A stretch of DNA of 64,000 nt from Lytechinus pictus (Eukaryota). Below are positions 1 through 13,346 of this stretch, piece by piece. Where the stretch lies: positions 10,294,001 to 10,358,000 of the forward strand of contig NC_087251.1 in assembly GCF_037042905.1 (NCBI RefSeq), in the 5' to 3' direction. A program made the translations under genes and the position numbers. Within the stretch, counting starts at the first letter, position 1, and every line of letters begins with the position of its first letter. The notes below the pieces were generated by a model. It saw nothing but the letters and a program-made list of their open reading frames with translations. It searched no databases and was not told the DNA's origin.

Positions 1-392
1 TCTCAGATCCTTTTCTCTCCATGTTGATGCTCGTTGTACGATGTTCAATCTATTTTCTTTCTATTTGTCTAACGTTATCCCTAAAGTTCTGTTGGATTTA
101 CGTTCAGGGTAAACCAATTTACCAATCTGCACATGAACGTTATCACTAATGTGTGTTGGAAGAGAATGAGCTGGCTTATTTCAAGCTCTGTAACTATTAC
201 GGGGGCAATATAAATGGCACGCATTTACTTTGATTTAGCGATCATTGTCACTTTGCCTCTCTTACCCGGGCTAGCCTTCCCGAGAGGGTACCGGTATTTC
301 AAGTTGATGATGGAGAGAACAGCCAAGTGATGAAATTCTATCAGAACCAACGAAACACAGTTTAACAAAACAAAATATAGCACCTATGATAC

Positions 393-498
393 TAGAGAGA
401 GAGAGAGGGGGAGGAGAGGGGGGGGGGGGGGGAAGAGGGGGGGGGGAGAGTGGGAGGGGGAGAAGGGGGTGGGGAGGGGTGGTGGGGAGGGGGGGTGG
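393..498 (+). repeat. (GA)n/poly-G low-complexity tract with G-quadruplex potential
   Basis: Many runs of 3 or more G. Confidence 0.8.
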
Positions 499-757
499 TA
501 TAACAGTTTTGCAACTATCGGGGCATAGGCTCAAGTACTATGCATGTAAATCATTGAGTAAAAAGAGTGACGTTCTATTCCATTTTTTCGTGAGTGCTTT
601 AGTTGCCAGTTTTTGCTCTGCGACGTACGGGACTCTCAGCGACGGGGGGCGTATATCAGGGCCTTTTCACATTTATTACATTTCTTGATAACAAGAAATA
701 CAAATCTTGATGTCAATGATTATATTTCTTGTTGTCAAGAGTTTAATTCTTCAGGCC

Positions 758-1776
758 AACAAGTGGAATGCCTCTGACAGTCTCGCCTGCATTACGCGTT
801 TCAATATAGCAGCAGAACTGACTTTGAAAACAACTAATGAAAAAACACCTTTCATATGACAAAGAAAATACTATGTACACTGACCGTAAGGGACCTCTGA
901 CCTTGATCATGTGACCTAATACGATAAGTGATACTTGTCCAAGTATCACTTATGTCGAAGTTTTACGATAAGCTAGATCCACAAACTTCCAAAGTTTTGA
1001 TGGTAATTTCAAGAAACACATCCAACATTGCCAAAGTTCATTGACCTTAGATAACATTTGACCTTGGTCATGTAACCTGAAACTCACGCAGGATGTTCAA
1101 CGATGCTTGATTAGTCTTATGAGTAAGTTTCATGAACTAGATCCATATACACTTAAATATCTGATGGAAAGTCAACAAATACCTCCAATATGGTCAAAGT
1201 TCATTGACCCTAATTACGAACTTTGACCTTAGTTATGTGACCTGAAATTCGTGCTGGATGTTTAGTGATACTTGATTGCTCTTATATCCAAATTTCATGA
1301 ACTAGATCAATAAACTTTCAAAGTAATGATGGCAATTCAACAAATACCCCAACATGGCCAAAGTTTGTTGACCCTAAATGACCCTTTACCTTGGTCATGT
1401 TACCTCAAACTCTTGCAGGATAAACCATTATTCTTATATATCCAAGTTTCATGAACTAGATCCATAAACCTTTAAAGTTATGACATTTCAAAAATGTAAC
1501 CTTGGTTAAGATTTTGACGTAAATTCCCGCCAACAAGGTCTAAGTTCATTGACCCTAAATGACCTCTGAATTTGATCATGTGATCTGAAACTCGTATAGG
1601 ATATCCAGTAATACTTGATTACATCAATGTATAAGTTTCATGAACTAGGTCTATGTACTTTCTAAGTTATGACATTTCGAAAACTTAACCTTAGTTAAGA
1701 TTTCAATGTTGACGACGCCACCGCCGCCGTCGGAAAAGCACCCATAGTCTCGCTTTGCTATATGCAGGCGAGACAA
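758..1776 (+). mobile_element. DINE-1/Helentron-associated-like (HINE) element, copy 1
   Basis: Starts aacaag; subterminal IR gtctcgcctgcat (780-792) / atgcaggcgagac (1762-1774); ~120-bp internal tandem subrepeats; homologous to 21203-21882. Confidence 0.75.
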
Positions 1777-1872
1777 TTATTGTTGGATTCTTGATATAAA
1801 ATGTATTTCTCGATATCAAGAAATAGGAATAATGTGTGGAAAAGGCTTGCCATACGCCCTTGTCGTTGAGAG

Positions 1873-2288
1873 GATTTATTTCCATTTGGTCTAATGCCAA
1901 TTCGTCCAATTGCCAACTCGTCTACTTTCATTTGGTCTTCCATCAGTTCGTCCAATATCCACATGGTCTAATTGCCATTTTGTCCATTCACCATTACATC
2001 TAATAACCGGTTGGGCCAATAGCCATTTAGTACATATATCATTTGGTTAAATTAGACTAAGTGATAATTAGGGAAAATGAATGAAAATAAAATAGATATT
2101 AGTTATTGTTTATGAGACGAAATGGTCATAGACGAAATGGAGATTAGACGAAGTGATGATTGGACCAAATGGTTATTGGACCAAATGGTTGTTGGACAAA
2201 ATGTTGATGGACGGAACTGCATTAAACTAATGAAGGTAGACAGTGTGGTGAGTGGACGAGTTGGCAGTAGACGAATTGGTAATTTACC
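1873..2288. mobile_element. Foldback-type MITE built from ~15-bp subrepeats, 8-bp TSD
   Basis: ~36-bp imperfect TIR; flanked by gttgagag (1865-1872) and gctgagag (2289-2296). Confidence 0.75.
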
Positions 2289-2414
2289 GCTGAGAGTCCC
2301 GTATGTCACTGAGCGAAAACTCGCTAATTGGCCCTTCCATAAGCGGGACTGTACCCAGAGGCCTATATAGTACCACAAAATAATGATGTTGATGAAGTAT
2401 TTTGGTGGACAATG

Positions 2415-2540
2415 TTAAGTGGTGAATCAGTGGATAAGTCATCAGACTTTGAACCACAGGGTCAGTGGTTCATTTCCCTTCGCAGCACCTCATTTTGGCA
2501 AGGCGTTTATCTACATTCCCTTCTCTTCATCCAGGTATAG
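2415..2540 (+). mobile_element. Degenerate tRNA-derived SINE fragment
   Basis: A-box-like gtggtgaatcagtgg, B-box-like ggttcatttccc; ggcaaggcgtttatctacat...ccaggt core resembles the 11060 SINE. Confidence 0.5.
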
Positions 2541-4575
2541 TCAGGGCATAGCCGTGCAAATGAAATAGGGGCAATAATTTCACGAAATTTTAGCCAACTA
2601 AGCCTTAAATCCTAGAAACACCTTTGTAATGTGTTTGGTTACTTCGGTCATCGCTTCTATGTATTAAACTTTTTCTTCCTTTTACATCATATATATGACC
2701 AGATAAACTGTCTATGGTCCAATTTGAATACGTATACGAAGCGGAAATGATACCATCTGGGTATTTGACTAAATGACAATTAGACCAACTGAGTATTTAT
2801 AGATCAAGTAAGGCTATATGAGTTTTCCATCAAGACCCTCCTATGTCGACCAAATGGATAGAACCTGGTTGCCCTATCCCTAATCACAAGTTTTGATCAC
2901 AGCGCCTTCTATTCTTTTGATAGTATTGCATTTTACATAAACAAACAGATTATTGCAATATTATTCCCTTCGAACCATGCATCCCATACAGGTAGAAAAA
3001 GGGTATTATCTTATTTCGGTTAGAAGAAGAAGAATTTCAGAAATTTGATATGCAAATATGGTTCAAACACGGTGTGTCAGACAAGTTTACGCGGTGAAAG
3101 AGTTTAGGAAATTGTCGCGTTATATCAACAAGATCAAGCAATAATATACGAAAAATATCTGGTTAACTATTAATTTGCATCCAACCCGATTTAAACATTA
3201 TTTCAATGACAATGTCATTTATTTTCTTCACACTTCTCGTCAGTCAACTAGAGCGATGATTGAGAGGGTAAGCGAATAATCACTTCAATAAACCAGCCCG
3301 GAAGAAATGATACAACATTAAATGTGTTTCAAATGGTTGTTATGATTATTCGAGCTATCATCGCATGCTCATGTGTAAAATTTGGTGAGGGTCATATATC
3401 GCGCGTTGATCAATTTTGGTATGCAGGTGTGCTCTTTGAATTGCCGCCATAATAATAATGAACATATATACTGAAGGTACGAGGTCGGAAAGATAGCCTT
3501 TAAGAAGAATACCCTACATTGTGACGAGATGTTTAAAGGGGGTACTGCAAAATAACCATCATCCAGCTATCATAATCGACAACAACAATAACAGTCAAAG
3601 CATTTCAAAAACACTGCCAAGTCTTTACAACATTTAGGGCCTAAGTTGATCTATTGTATGTTTAGTAGTGACTTAAAAGTTATGTTATTATGTTCTGAAT
3701 AAAATAGATACGACGTTGAGAGATGTAAATGAAAATAAAATACATATGTTAATCTTACAAAACTGAATGAAATTCTGAAGAATTTATAAAACGTCAATTT
3801 TAATATAGGCCTTTATGTCTTTTATTTAAATCAAGAAGACCACATTTTGGTTTAAAAAAAACGTAGTGGATGAGATGATGTAAATTCCATTTTGTGTGTT
3901 TATGTGATATCTAGTCCATTAATACTGTGAGAGACATATCGATATTGGGAAACATTGATTCTGATAATGCCCCTTCTCTGTAATTTCCTGGATAAAAAAA
4001 AATGGTTCCAATTTGTAGGAAACCCAGACGGGATTTCCTGCTAAGATCTTACCTTTACTCATAAATCTAGATTCCCGAGATGATGGGGGTGAAAAGATAT
4101 ACACCTGTATGACATCAGGATAGAATGATTGACGAGAGCGATACGGGTCGAACTATACGATCAGACCGAGACCATACCGAACATGCCAATCATATCCAGA
4201 CGGTTTTAATCTAGTTCCCCTCATATTTCATGTATTTCACTTATTTTTGAAAAAAAGAGAGCGCCATCAGACTTTATATATACATGCATTTCGAATGTGA
4301 AGTGTGTATCAGATCAGAACCACCGTAACATGAATTTTGGCGTGGATTACAAGGATGAAAGAACATAATTCTGAATAGTTTCTGGTCAGTGATCACTTGC
4401 GTATAGGGGGGGGGGGGCTGGGGGCACTGGACCCCTACAATTCCACGGCTAAGGGGTGGAATGAAAAGGAATGCAATCTGATATTATTTTTTATATCACG
4501 TCAAAGTCTATCACAAAGTCATTTAAAATTTCATTAAAAAAGGATACAAATTCCCGTGCTCGCAACTTTGAAAAT

Positions 4576-4758
4576 GGTTCCATGATATTTGCTCCAGCGA
4601 CAATTGCTCCGCTTGATATTCCACACACTAGTCGAATGACCAACTTCAACCTTGGGTTTAACACTATACCCTACCCTAAACCTTACATAAAACTATATTG
4701 CATCCCCAACCCAACATCTTAGACGAAATTAAACGTGGAGCAATTATCGCAGGAGCAT
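4576..4758. mobile_element. Small MITE
   Basis: IR tgctccagcgacaattgctcc / ggagcaattatcgcaggagca. Confidence 0.65.
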
Positions 4759-4859
4759 ACATACATACACACACAAAAAAACAAATGAGGGTAAAACTGT
4801 GTGTGTGTGAGTGTGTGTGTATATATATATATAAATAAATATATATATAAATATATATA

Positions 4860-5095
4860 CACAGCAAAAACTGCGGCGTTAACCGGTGTACATAGAGGAC
4901 CACACCAATTATTTTACACCGGTGTTAAATTGACAGTGTTAGTTTAGCACCTATAGGTGTTATTGCAACACCTTTGGTTGTTACATGTACACTCTTTGGT
5001 GTTATATTCAATCTATAGGGTGTAATTTTAACACCAGAGGGGGTGGTCCTCTATTAACACCCACTGGTGTCAGTTTTAACACCACAGTTTTTACA

Positions 5096-5098
<3 letters not shown>
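4860..5098. mobile_element. CACTA/EnSpm-like MITE inside a (TA)n tract
   Basis: Termini cacagcaaaaactgcggcgttaa / ttaacaccacagtttttacagta; internal tagaggaccac/gtggtcctcta IR. Confidence 0.7.

Positions 5099-5160
<62 letters not shown>
5097..5160. repeat. (TA)n microsatellite
   Basis: ~32 perfect TA units. Confidence 0.95.
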
Positions 5161-5161
<1 letters not shown>

Positions 5162-5162
5162 T

Positions 5163-5420
5163 AAATTTCAAATTTCAAATTCATTTATTTCACTTCCATC
5201 AAACAAAAACAAATTGTATACCATATATAAGACATAAATATTTGTATCCGTTGCAAACAAAATTAATTATACATATGTAGTGAAAAAAAAACACTTAGAC
5301 GATTTGGGCAACACATTGTAGGTTTTAAATATATATACTATTTTTCAATAGAAATTAAATTAAGATGGAAATGGAGGGACCCACTAAAAAGCAATGCTTG
5401 TACAATGTGGGCCCCTCAAG
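5163..5420 (-). mobile_element. Probable 3' end of a non-LTR retroelement with a (TTTGAAA)n-like tail
   Basis: Minus strand ends ...aaataaatgaatttgaaatttgaaattt; GC-richer stem-like segment at 5373-5416. Confidence 0.4.
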
Positions 5421-5950
5421 AAATAGATAACACAACAAATAACAAAATAACAAAGTATAAATACAGATAATCAAATGAGAAAAGAATGAATAAATGAGAA
5501 TAAATGAAATATGTCACCCTCAGTTTTTTTTAGTTCATCACGCCACTGACAATGATCTATATTGGCAATTTCTTTGGTTTATGAAGCATGCATATGGTGT
5601 CACGTAATAATCATAGCAATATATCTGATTTAATTTTTGTTCATAAAAATATTTCTATATAACGATTTAGCGATATCATATCTTGTGTATAACCCCATTC
5701 TCGTCATATACCCAATTTATTTTTGCCTAGTCTTAAATGCACCAATGGTGATAAAAAACACACGATTCAAGTCAGTAAACCAACTCTGTACGTTTTCAGT
5801 TGCATATTACAAAGCAAACTTATTTTCTTGGAGGGAGTATACTTTTTTTATAGCGATGTAATTATCGGATTCTGAGCTCTAGAATATTTTGCAATTATAT
5901 TCGGAAATTTGAGAATGAGCGAGAGTAGGAAATATAATTTGTTAGATATA

Positions 5951-6907
5951 CAGTGCGTATCAAAAAAAGTTTACACTTTGAAAAAGCCCTGGGAATTAAA
6001 AAATATACAACATGTGGGTAATTTTTTTCACATATAAACTTGGGTTTGTGTCTCATCTATCCAATAAAAGTAAAAGTTTTGACAGAATGTTACACTTGAG
6101 TGAGCACTGTCCATTTTTGTAAAGCTCGCAGAAATCTGTTTGCGCAGAAATGCTCGTTTTCACGCTGTGTCAAGGGGAAAGGGCGAAATCAAACTTACCC
6201 TTCGATACATTTCTCATACATTTCCCTTACACTTTTAGTCAATTGAAATAAAACGGATACATTCAATCATTTTGTAACAATTTTACCGCCCAAATTGAAA
6301 TTTCAACACTTAGTAAGCACAACCTTTACCCTTTTCTGCCAGCTGGATCTGAGGACATAACTGAATCTGAACAAAAATTTATATCAGACATCTCCAGCAT
6401 TTTTTTTAACTAAGTTTTTATCATTTAAAGTGGGTTTACATTTCATTATTAATAATTGTTTCTCCACACTTTTCCCAAACTTGGCAATGATTAACAAAAT
6501 GAAAATCAAGCCTAAGCCATTTCATGTTAATCACAGCTCAGTGTAAAGTAAATATCGTCACGATGGGGCGCAATGCACTCTTCGAAGTGTTTTGGGCAAG
6601 GAAACAAGTTAAAAAAGGTAAAAGATATCTTCAAATCAATTTTACTAGCTAAATTCCACGTGTTCTTCATGATTAAGGTCTACTTTTATTTGCATAACTA
6701 TTACAAAGTTCTGCGCAAATCATTTTTCACTAACTTTTCAAAAGTATGTGGTGCTCACTCAAGCGGAAATATTTTTCGACAGTTATATCGTCATTTGCTT
6801 AAATGGATCTGTACCAATGTTAAAATGTGGAAAAATCTTCAGGATATTACAAATATATAATTTTACAGGATTTTTTCTAAGTGTAAACTTTTTATTGATA
6901 CGCACTG
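5951..6907. mobile_element. Tc1/mariner-type MITE
   Basis: TIR cagtgcgtatcaaaaaaagtttacactt / aagtgtaaactttttattgatacgcactg; TA on the left; extended imperfect inner IR (cttgagtgagcac/gtgctcactcaag). Confidence 0.85.
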
Positions 6908-8426
6908 CATAATTACTTGTTACAAAATCGGCATGCTTGAATAATTGAATCGGCCATGCAGTATAGTAATTTAAGGAAATTAATTGGATATTCTGATACT
7001 CTATGATTACAGACCCCAATAGGGTTTATGGTTGTTCATCCCCCACAAAAAGCAAACTGAATGACCAGCCCCCCCCCCCCCCAAAAAAAAAAGCCTTATC
7101 ACAAATCTAAGTTAGCACTCTTTAGACCAAAAAAATTAATGAAATAATAACATCACACTAAATTCCGTATTTTAAAACATCACTCAATATGCTCATATAT
7201 TCATATCTGAACCTTATCAGAGGGGGAACTTATTTGAATTTCTATATAAACAAGGGCTAAATTCTTGTCAAAATGAATACATCATATTTGAAGCAAATGT
7301 CATTTTTACAAGAATCGATAAATATTTTTAGTCAGTAATTACATATTTGAAATACACTCTGATGAAATATTTGTTCATATCATTCAAGAGTAAATGGAAC
7401 TGTTGAAGGCTGTATTGGCAAGAATGAAAGGCTGTGATAGAAATGTTTGATATAAAGCAAATTGATATTTATAGCAACCATTATCAGGTTTGCTATTGTG
7501 CACAGGTTGATTTAAGATGCGAGAATTCTTTCAACCTTTTTCATCGCTTGATCACTCATAAAACACGATACACTGACAAGATGAGATGCCTACCTACCTG
7601 CCTAAGTACATGATAATAGTAACAAAACTGGATTTTAAAACCCATCGGGACTTCACCTTGACTATGATACATGATCGAAGTCTATAGTTTCGAAAATAAA
7701 TCTCCAAAGCGATTAACACGGGAAGGCCAAGGGGTACATTGTCACGTTAAAAATAGGTTTTATGTATCCCTTTCACCGACTTGTCATACTAGGATGCCGG
7801 AGAGGATGCAATGGTGAGGTGGGGGGGGGGGGGGGGGGGGGCGGCCAGAGGACTTCGACCGATTTTTCAGTTTTTCTATCATCACTTCGCTGGCTCTCTT
7901 TGCGAGTACGAGTAAGCATTGTCGAGATTGGAAATCAAAATGAATGTGATTATCAATACGTTTTGGAAAAGAATTTGTAAAAAATGAAATTAAAATGATA
8001 TTGTGTGTTCAACCAAGGTTCCACCAATAACGAACTTTTACATGATTCTGGTCAGACAGAACATTTCAATTTGTAGATGGATGTTTATTTTCTTTTTTTG
8101 TTAATCCGAAAAAAAAAAATATACTTCCACCAATAGCACGTAGATCATTATCAGTGTTGCCCTTTCTTCAATACGCTATAAAGATTAAGGCACTGCCATC
8201 GAACATAGCCAGTCTGAAGGATCGAATGACTGTAATTATCTATTTTGATCAAACTGATTCTAACAAGATATTCAACGAAACACAATCGCTATATTTTGAA
8301 CATGTGGACAATTGCTTTCCGTAAAACTTCGCATGATTATGTCTACCTCCATGCTTCATTAATGATGTTTAAATTCCGATTGTTCCAAGTATCAAATGAT
8401 TTTTTTTTATCACCTTATAATATTAA

Positions 8427-9009
8427 AGGAGAATGAAACTCTTGGAGCAAGTTAGCTTTTGTGAAAGCAGAAAAATCAAAGAATAAGATCAACAAAACTT
8501 TGAGTAAAATAGGACTAGCAATAAAAGAGTTATGAGCATTTGAATGTCGAGATCACTAATGCTATGGAGATCCTCCCATTGGCAATGCGACCAAGATCTG
8601 TGATGTCACACACGTACAACTCTCCCATTCGGACACTGAAAATATACCCCGAAACATCTCTTTTTGCTCATTCTAATCATATGACAAACGATTCATCAAT
8701 GATATAATGTTGTGAAACCTCTGTACTTGTCATCTCATAAAGAAAACACCTAACCTTGTGATAGACTCTATAAAAGTGAGAATATAAGTGAAATAAGTAC
8801 TAAAGTAATGAGGGAGTTGTACGTGTGTGATATCACAGATCTTGGTCGCATTGCCGATGGGAGGATCTACATGGCACTAGTGATCTCAATATTCAAATGC
8901 TCATAACTTTCTTATTATTCATTCAATCTTCCTCAAACTTTCAACAATATGTTTCTTTGATTTTTCTCTTTAATATGGATTCAGCTAGTTTCAAGGGTTT
9001 CATTCTCCT
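8427..9009. mobile_element. TTAA-flanked palindromic MITE (Kolobok-like)
   Basis: ttaa|aggagaatgaaac ... gtttcattctcct|ttaa; ~200-bp inverted arms. Confidence 0.85.
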
Positions 9010-9932
9010 TTAAGAAATATTTCTTTGAAATAGTGTAAGTATGAAAACACGTGGCTGAAACAGAACTAATGATGGCGCTTTTTAAATCGAAGACAAGGAG
9101 TAATGGAGTGATCGGCTTCAATGGTTGAGAAATGAGTACAGTGACTAGAGGACTGAATGTGAATGCACAATGGGACGAAAAGCAGAACAATATGTATTCC
9201 TACGTTGGTTAAAAGAGGTATTAAGGGGGGATGTATTTCCGAAGAGGGAACGAGAGAGAAAAAAGCAAACTTAAAAGAAATAAAAATATAACAAGTTTAC
9301 ATTGGCATAAGGTGTTTTTTTTTGGAGGGGGGGGGGGTGGAGAAATAAGGGTACATTATGAACATATAGGCCTACACATATTTTTTTTAATGAAAAAGAG
9401 TACCAAGTGACCTATGAAATCTATTACAAAATAGAAGGTGAAGAGAGAGAATGGAATGAGGGAGACGGAGAGAGAGAGAGAGAAGGGGGGGGGGGTAGAT
9501 AGGGGGAGGCATGGATTGGCCATGGGGTGATGGATTAAATAAAGCACTAGTTAAAGCCAAATGTTATGTTTGTAAACTGAGAACTTTTATTGTGTAATCT
9601 TGAGACCATGAACAAAGAAAAAAAATCAATAAAAAGTAAAATTGTAGGTGCATGTTAACATGAACATGAAAATAACATATTGCATGCATGCAAAACATCT
9701 TGTTCTGTGAAGAAAGTCCATTCTGGAAATTAATTATTCTTATACATGAGTATAAGATGAATGTAGAGTGTTATCAGTGAATGATGCTAGTCTTATACTG
9801 CTTTGACCATAAGTGATATTGACAAGTCTTCTTTCATGCCTAATACTCTAGTTGATCAACAAACTTCAGCTGTAGCTTTGTATACAACATATAAACAAAA
9901 TTATAATTGGTTCTACAAGTGAATGGCTTCTC

Positions 9933-10460
9933 GAATAATACATGTGCATGAGACCAAGTATTAATATCTGTGATATATCATTTGATTTCATTTTTTAAAT
10001 CTATAATTTAACATCAGTATACGTGTAATTATTTTAATTTCAGCAGATACTACTAAACCTTCAATTTAGGTAAACAATATTCCTGTAACTTGCTGCTCTG
10101 CTAAAGCAATTGTAATTATGCTCCATTAACTGTAGAGCGCTTAGAGACTTCTGATAAAGTAAGTGTTAAGCGATATATAAGCAAGTATAATTATTATTAT
10201 TATTATGGGTTTATTGCCTACAGGCAAACATTACCCATATTATTTTGTGAAAACTGACAATATCAAAAATCATACAAATGTTAGTTTAAATTGTTGAATA
10301 ATGCATGTGCATGAGACCAAGTATTAATATCTGTGATATATCATTTGATTTCATTTTTAAAATCTATGATTTAACATCAGTATACGTGTAATGTAGTTAT
10401 TTTCATTTCAGCAGATACTACTAAACCTTCAATTTCGGTAAACAATATTCCTGTAACTTG
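9933..10460 (+). repeat. Complex local duplication: A(9933-10092) B(10092-10291) A'(10296-10460), with B copied from 11245-11444
   Basis: Direct comparison shows near-identical blocks. Confidence 0.9.
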
Positions 10461-11059
10461 TAGTTACTTGAATATATACTGTATACATAAAACCCTCCAA
10501 AACTATGCAATCCCTAAAAAGTTTGAACTTCTCAGAGCATTTCTTTATACCAATCCTATACAATTACAAATATTGTTTACCCAATATAAAGCATTTAATT
10601 TCTTTACAATTCATAGTTTGAAACCTCAATCATTCATTTGAATATTTACACATGAATCACATATTCAATCTGGTCATTATATTCTGTCTATATTACTAAA
10701 ATAAGACAGATGAAAATACTACCTGAATACTTAATTGCTGGCTTTTATTATCAATGACACTCGACAAACAAATAAACATAATTGTAAAATAGGAATGTCT
10801 TTTTGACAGCTGTAAACATGTACATATATCACAGTGAGTTTTATAGACTTGACACATATATAGAGGTTTATTTTCTTGAATTTGTAAAAGAAAAAAGGTA
10901 GAAAAGAACTATGCCCTTAAACTGCATTTTAATTGTATAGTATTAAAAAATAAATCTCATTAATATATGCATGTATTAGAGTGACATATCTTGTGTAAAA
11001 TGAATGTTACAGGTTTCATAGGAAAGTTGTAGGATCAGGACATGCTCTCATACAAAAGA

Positions 11060-11358
11060 AGGATGGTGTCGTGGTCTAGTCTTTATGATTCTCATCTTTA
11101 ATTCTGAGGGACGTGCGTTCGATTCAAAGCCATGGCATGTTTTCCTTCAGCAAGAAATTTACCCACATTGTGCTGCACTTAACCCAGGTGAGGTGAATGG
11201 GTACCGGGTAGGAATTTATTCCTTGAAATCCAGCATGTGTAACAGCTGCTCTGCTAAAGCAATTGTAATTATGCTCCATTAACTGTAGAGCGCTTAGAGA
11301 CTTCTGATAAAGTAAGTGTTAAGCGTTATATAAGCAAGTATAATCATTATCATCATTA
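11060..11358 (+). mobile_element. Full-length tRNA-derived SINE (antisense in the RTK 3'UTR)
   Basis: A box gtggtctagt, B box gttcgattc, core cacattgtgctgcact..acccaggtga..aatgggtacc, L2-like tail agcgcttagagac..aagcg.tatataag..(ATT/ATC)n. Confidence 0.8.
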
Positions 11359-12683
11359 TGGGTTTACTGTCTACAGGCAAACATTACCCATATTATTTTG
11401 TGAAAACTGACAATATCAAAAATCATACAAATGTTAGTTTAAATGATAGCCACAGGTGCCCATTTCATGCTCTTTATGCAAAAAAAAATATTGTTAATGC
11501 ATGGGAAAAAATATTGACAAATGTCTCAAAACAGTGAACAGATATATCTAGAATACTAAATTTACCTGGAAGTACATAAACTTGTATTAGAACAAAGAAA
11601 GAACAATCACAAAATCATGATTTTTTTAATATATGAATAAACTTACACAAGGGTGAACCATTCAAACAAACACTATACTGAATTTGGAAGAAATCAACAA
11701 GGAAACTACATACATCAATAACTATCAAAACTTGGTATAAATACTGCAAAAATAAACCATAGTTTCATTACAAATCAATCTAAATATATATACACACAAA
11801 CTCTTCAGATATTGTATACCTTGTATTAAAAAACAACTTCCACTATCCTCTTTGATGCTAATTGCTCTAATTGTATCTTGATGTAAATCCTTTCCTTATC
11901 ATGTAGACCATCGTATAACAGTTGCATACAAAGAAATATCATATAATTTTTGTTGGTTAATATATTTGTCTGTTGGTTTCATTGTCATCTCTAAAATCTA
12001 TTCATAATTCTATCTTTAATATTCAAAATGCATTAACAATCATACTTCTCCATAATTATATAAAATAAACATAAATAATAACATCCAAGTGTTCTCCTGG
12101 ATTGTAATGTAATGTACAAAATGAAAAAGTATACAAATTGAAATTGAAAATGGCAAGAATCAATATGGAACAAAACAGCATCTTACAAATGACGTTGGTC
12201 AGCAAATGGAGACAAATTGCACAGTGTGAACATCAAATTATGATTGCATTGCTATAATCAAAATTGCACAAAGAGTTGGATTTTATCATCTGTGGTCAAA
12301 CAAGGAATGTCAATGGGAGGTTGAAATAAACTTTCAATGGAAATTGATTGGAACATGTAGTCCCGCATGTAGTACTGTTTAAATATGAGTGCTTTGGAAA
12401 AAAGCATTTAAATAAGTAATGAACATCCATTTGATTAGTCACAACAAATGTATTCAATGCACTGACTGCAGTTTATATTCATGTATTTTCTAATTTCTAA
12501 GATAATCTATCATGCGAATGATATTTACATAAAATATATTACTTAATTAAGTCATTTAAATTGAATTAAAAAATATTACCTATGCAATATGTCATTGAGA
12601 GAATTTCAACTTCTTCATTTTCTTTAAAAAAAAATTAACATTCCAATTGTCTATTTATTTTTAAATATTATTTTTAGAAGTGC

Positions 12684-13086
12684 AACAAGAGTGTCGCTAA
12701 AGCGAGCACATAAAAACGCGAAAAATGGAGCTATTGGTCAAGCAAGAAAAGTGGAAGATGGCGACTTCACCTTTGACCTCAAAATCAATAGAATTGCTAG
12801 GATCTATGTTAGTATCATACACACCAAATAATATGAGCCTAGGTTAAGTTCAACTAAAGTTATCACGTTGCAAGGACTTCAGAAGGGCAAGATGAAAACA
12901 TGTCAGTTTGAACTTTGACCTTTTGACCTCAAAATAAATAGGCTTCCTGGGATCCATGCTAGTATCATACACACTAAATTATATGAGCCTAGATTAAGTT
13001 AAACTGAAGTCATCGCGTTTACAAGGAAAAGGTAATGGACGGACAGACAGACGGAGGACACCGAGCGTGATACCATAATATAAAAA
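12684..13086 (+). mobile_element. Second DINE-1/HINE-like family element
   Basis: aacaag start, short stem tcgct-aa-agcga, two ~135-bp subrepeats (gacctcaaaat..atgagcctag), (GACA/GACG)n microsatellite near the 3' end. Confidence 0.6.
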
Positions 13087-13346
13087 TCTAATGTCTACTG
13101 ATTCTAAGGTCAATATCAATTATCATAAATAGATAAGATAAACAAATATGCCAATTCAATAGGACAAAGTTGATGCCCTTTATATTTCATCTTCTTATTG
13201 AGGCTGGCAGTTGTAAGAGCTCCATGAATCCTTTTCACTGATTGTTTATAGAATGAATTTGCCATATATCTTTATACATTTCTAAAATACTTTTCTTTAT
13301 GAATACTGATGAGGCAGTACTTGCAGATGTTTGCTTTCTAGCTGCA

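Larger units (their letters stand above)
601..2328. mobile_element. Outer palindromic non-autonomous DNA element hosting two nested insertions
   Basis: Left arm 601-~680 (..ttttgctctgcgacgtacgggactctcagcgacggggggcgtat..gccttttcaca) matches in reverse complement a right arm split into ~1828-1872 and 2289-2328; internal atttcttgatatcaagaaat-like motifs. Confidence 0.65.
4394..5548. mobile_element. Old hAT-like MITE (CAGTGGCGT-type ends) with nested insertions
   Basis: cacttgcgta...poly-G left end, tcacgccactg right end; flanks tcagtgat/acaatgat (6/8 TSD). Confidence 0.45.

Noticed and set aside
271..688. Pro-rich and Gly-rich ORFs 271..534 and 386..688
   Set aside because: Translations of a poly-G/GA low-complexity tract and a transposon arm.
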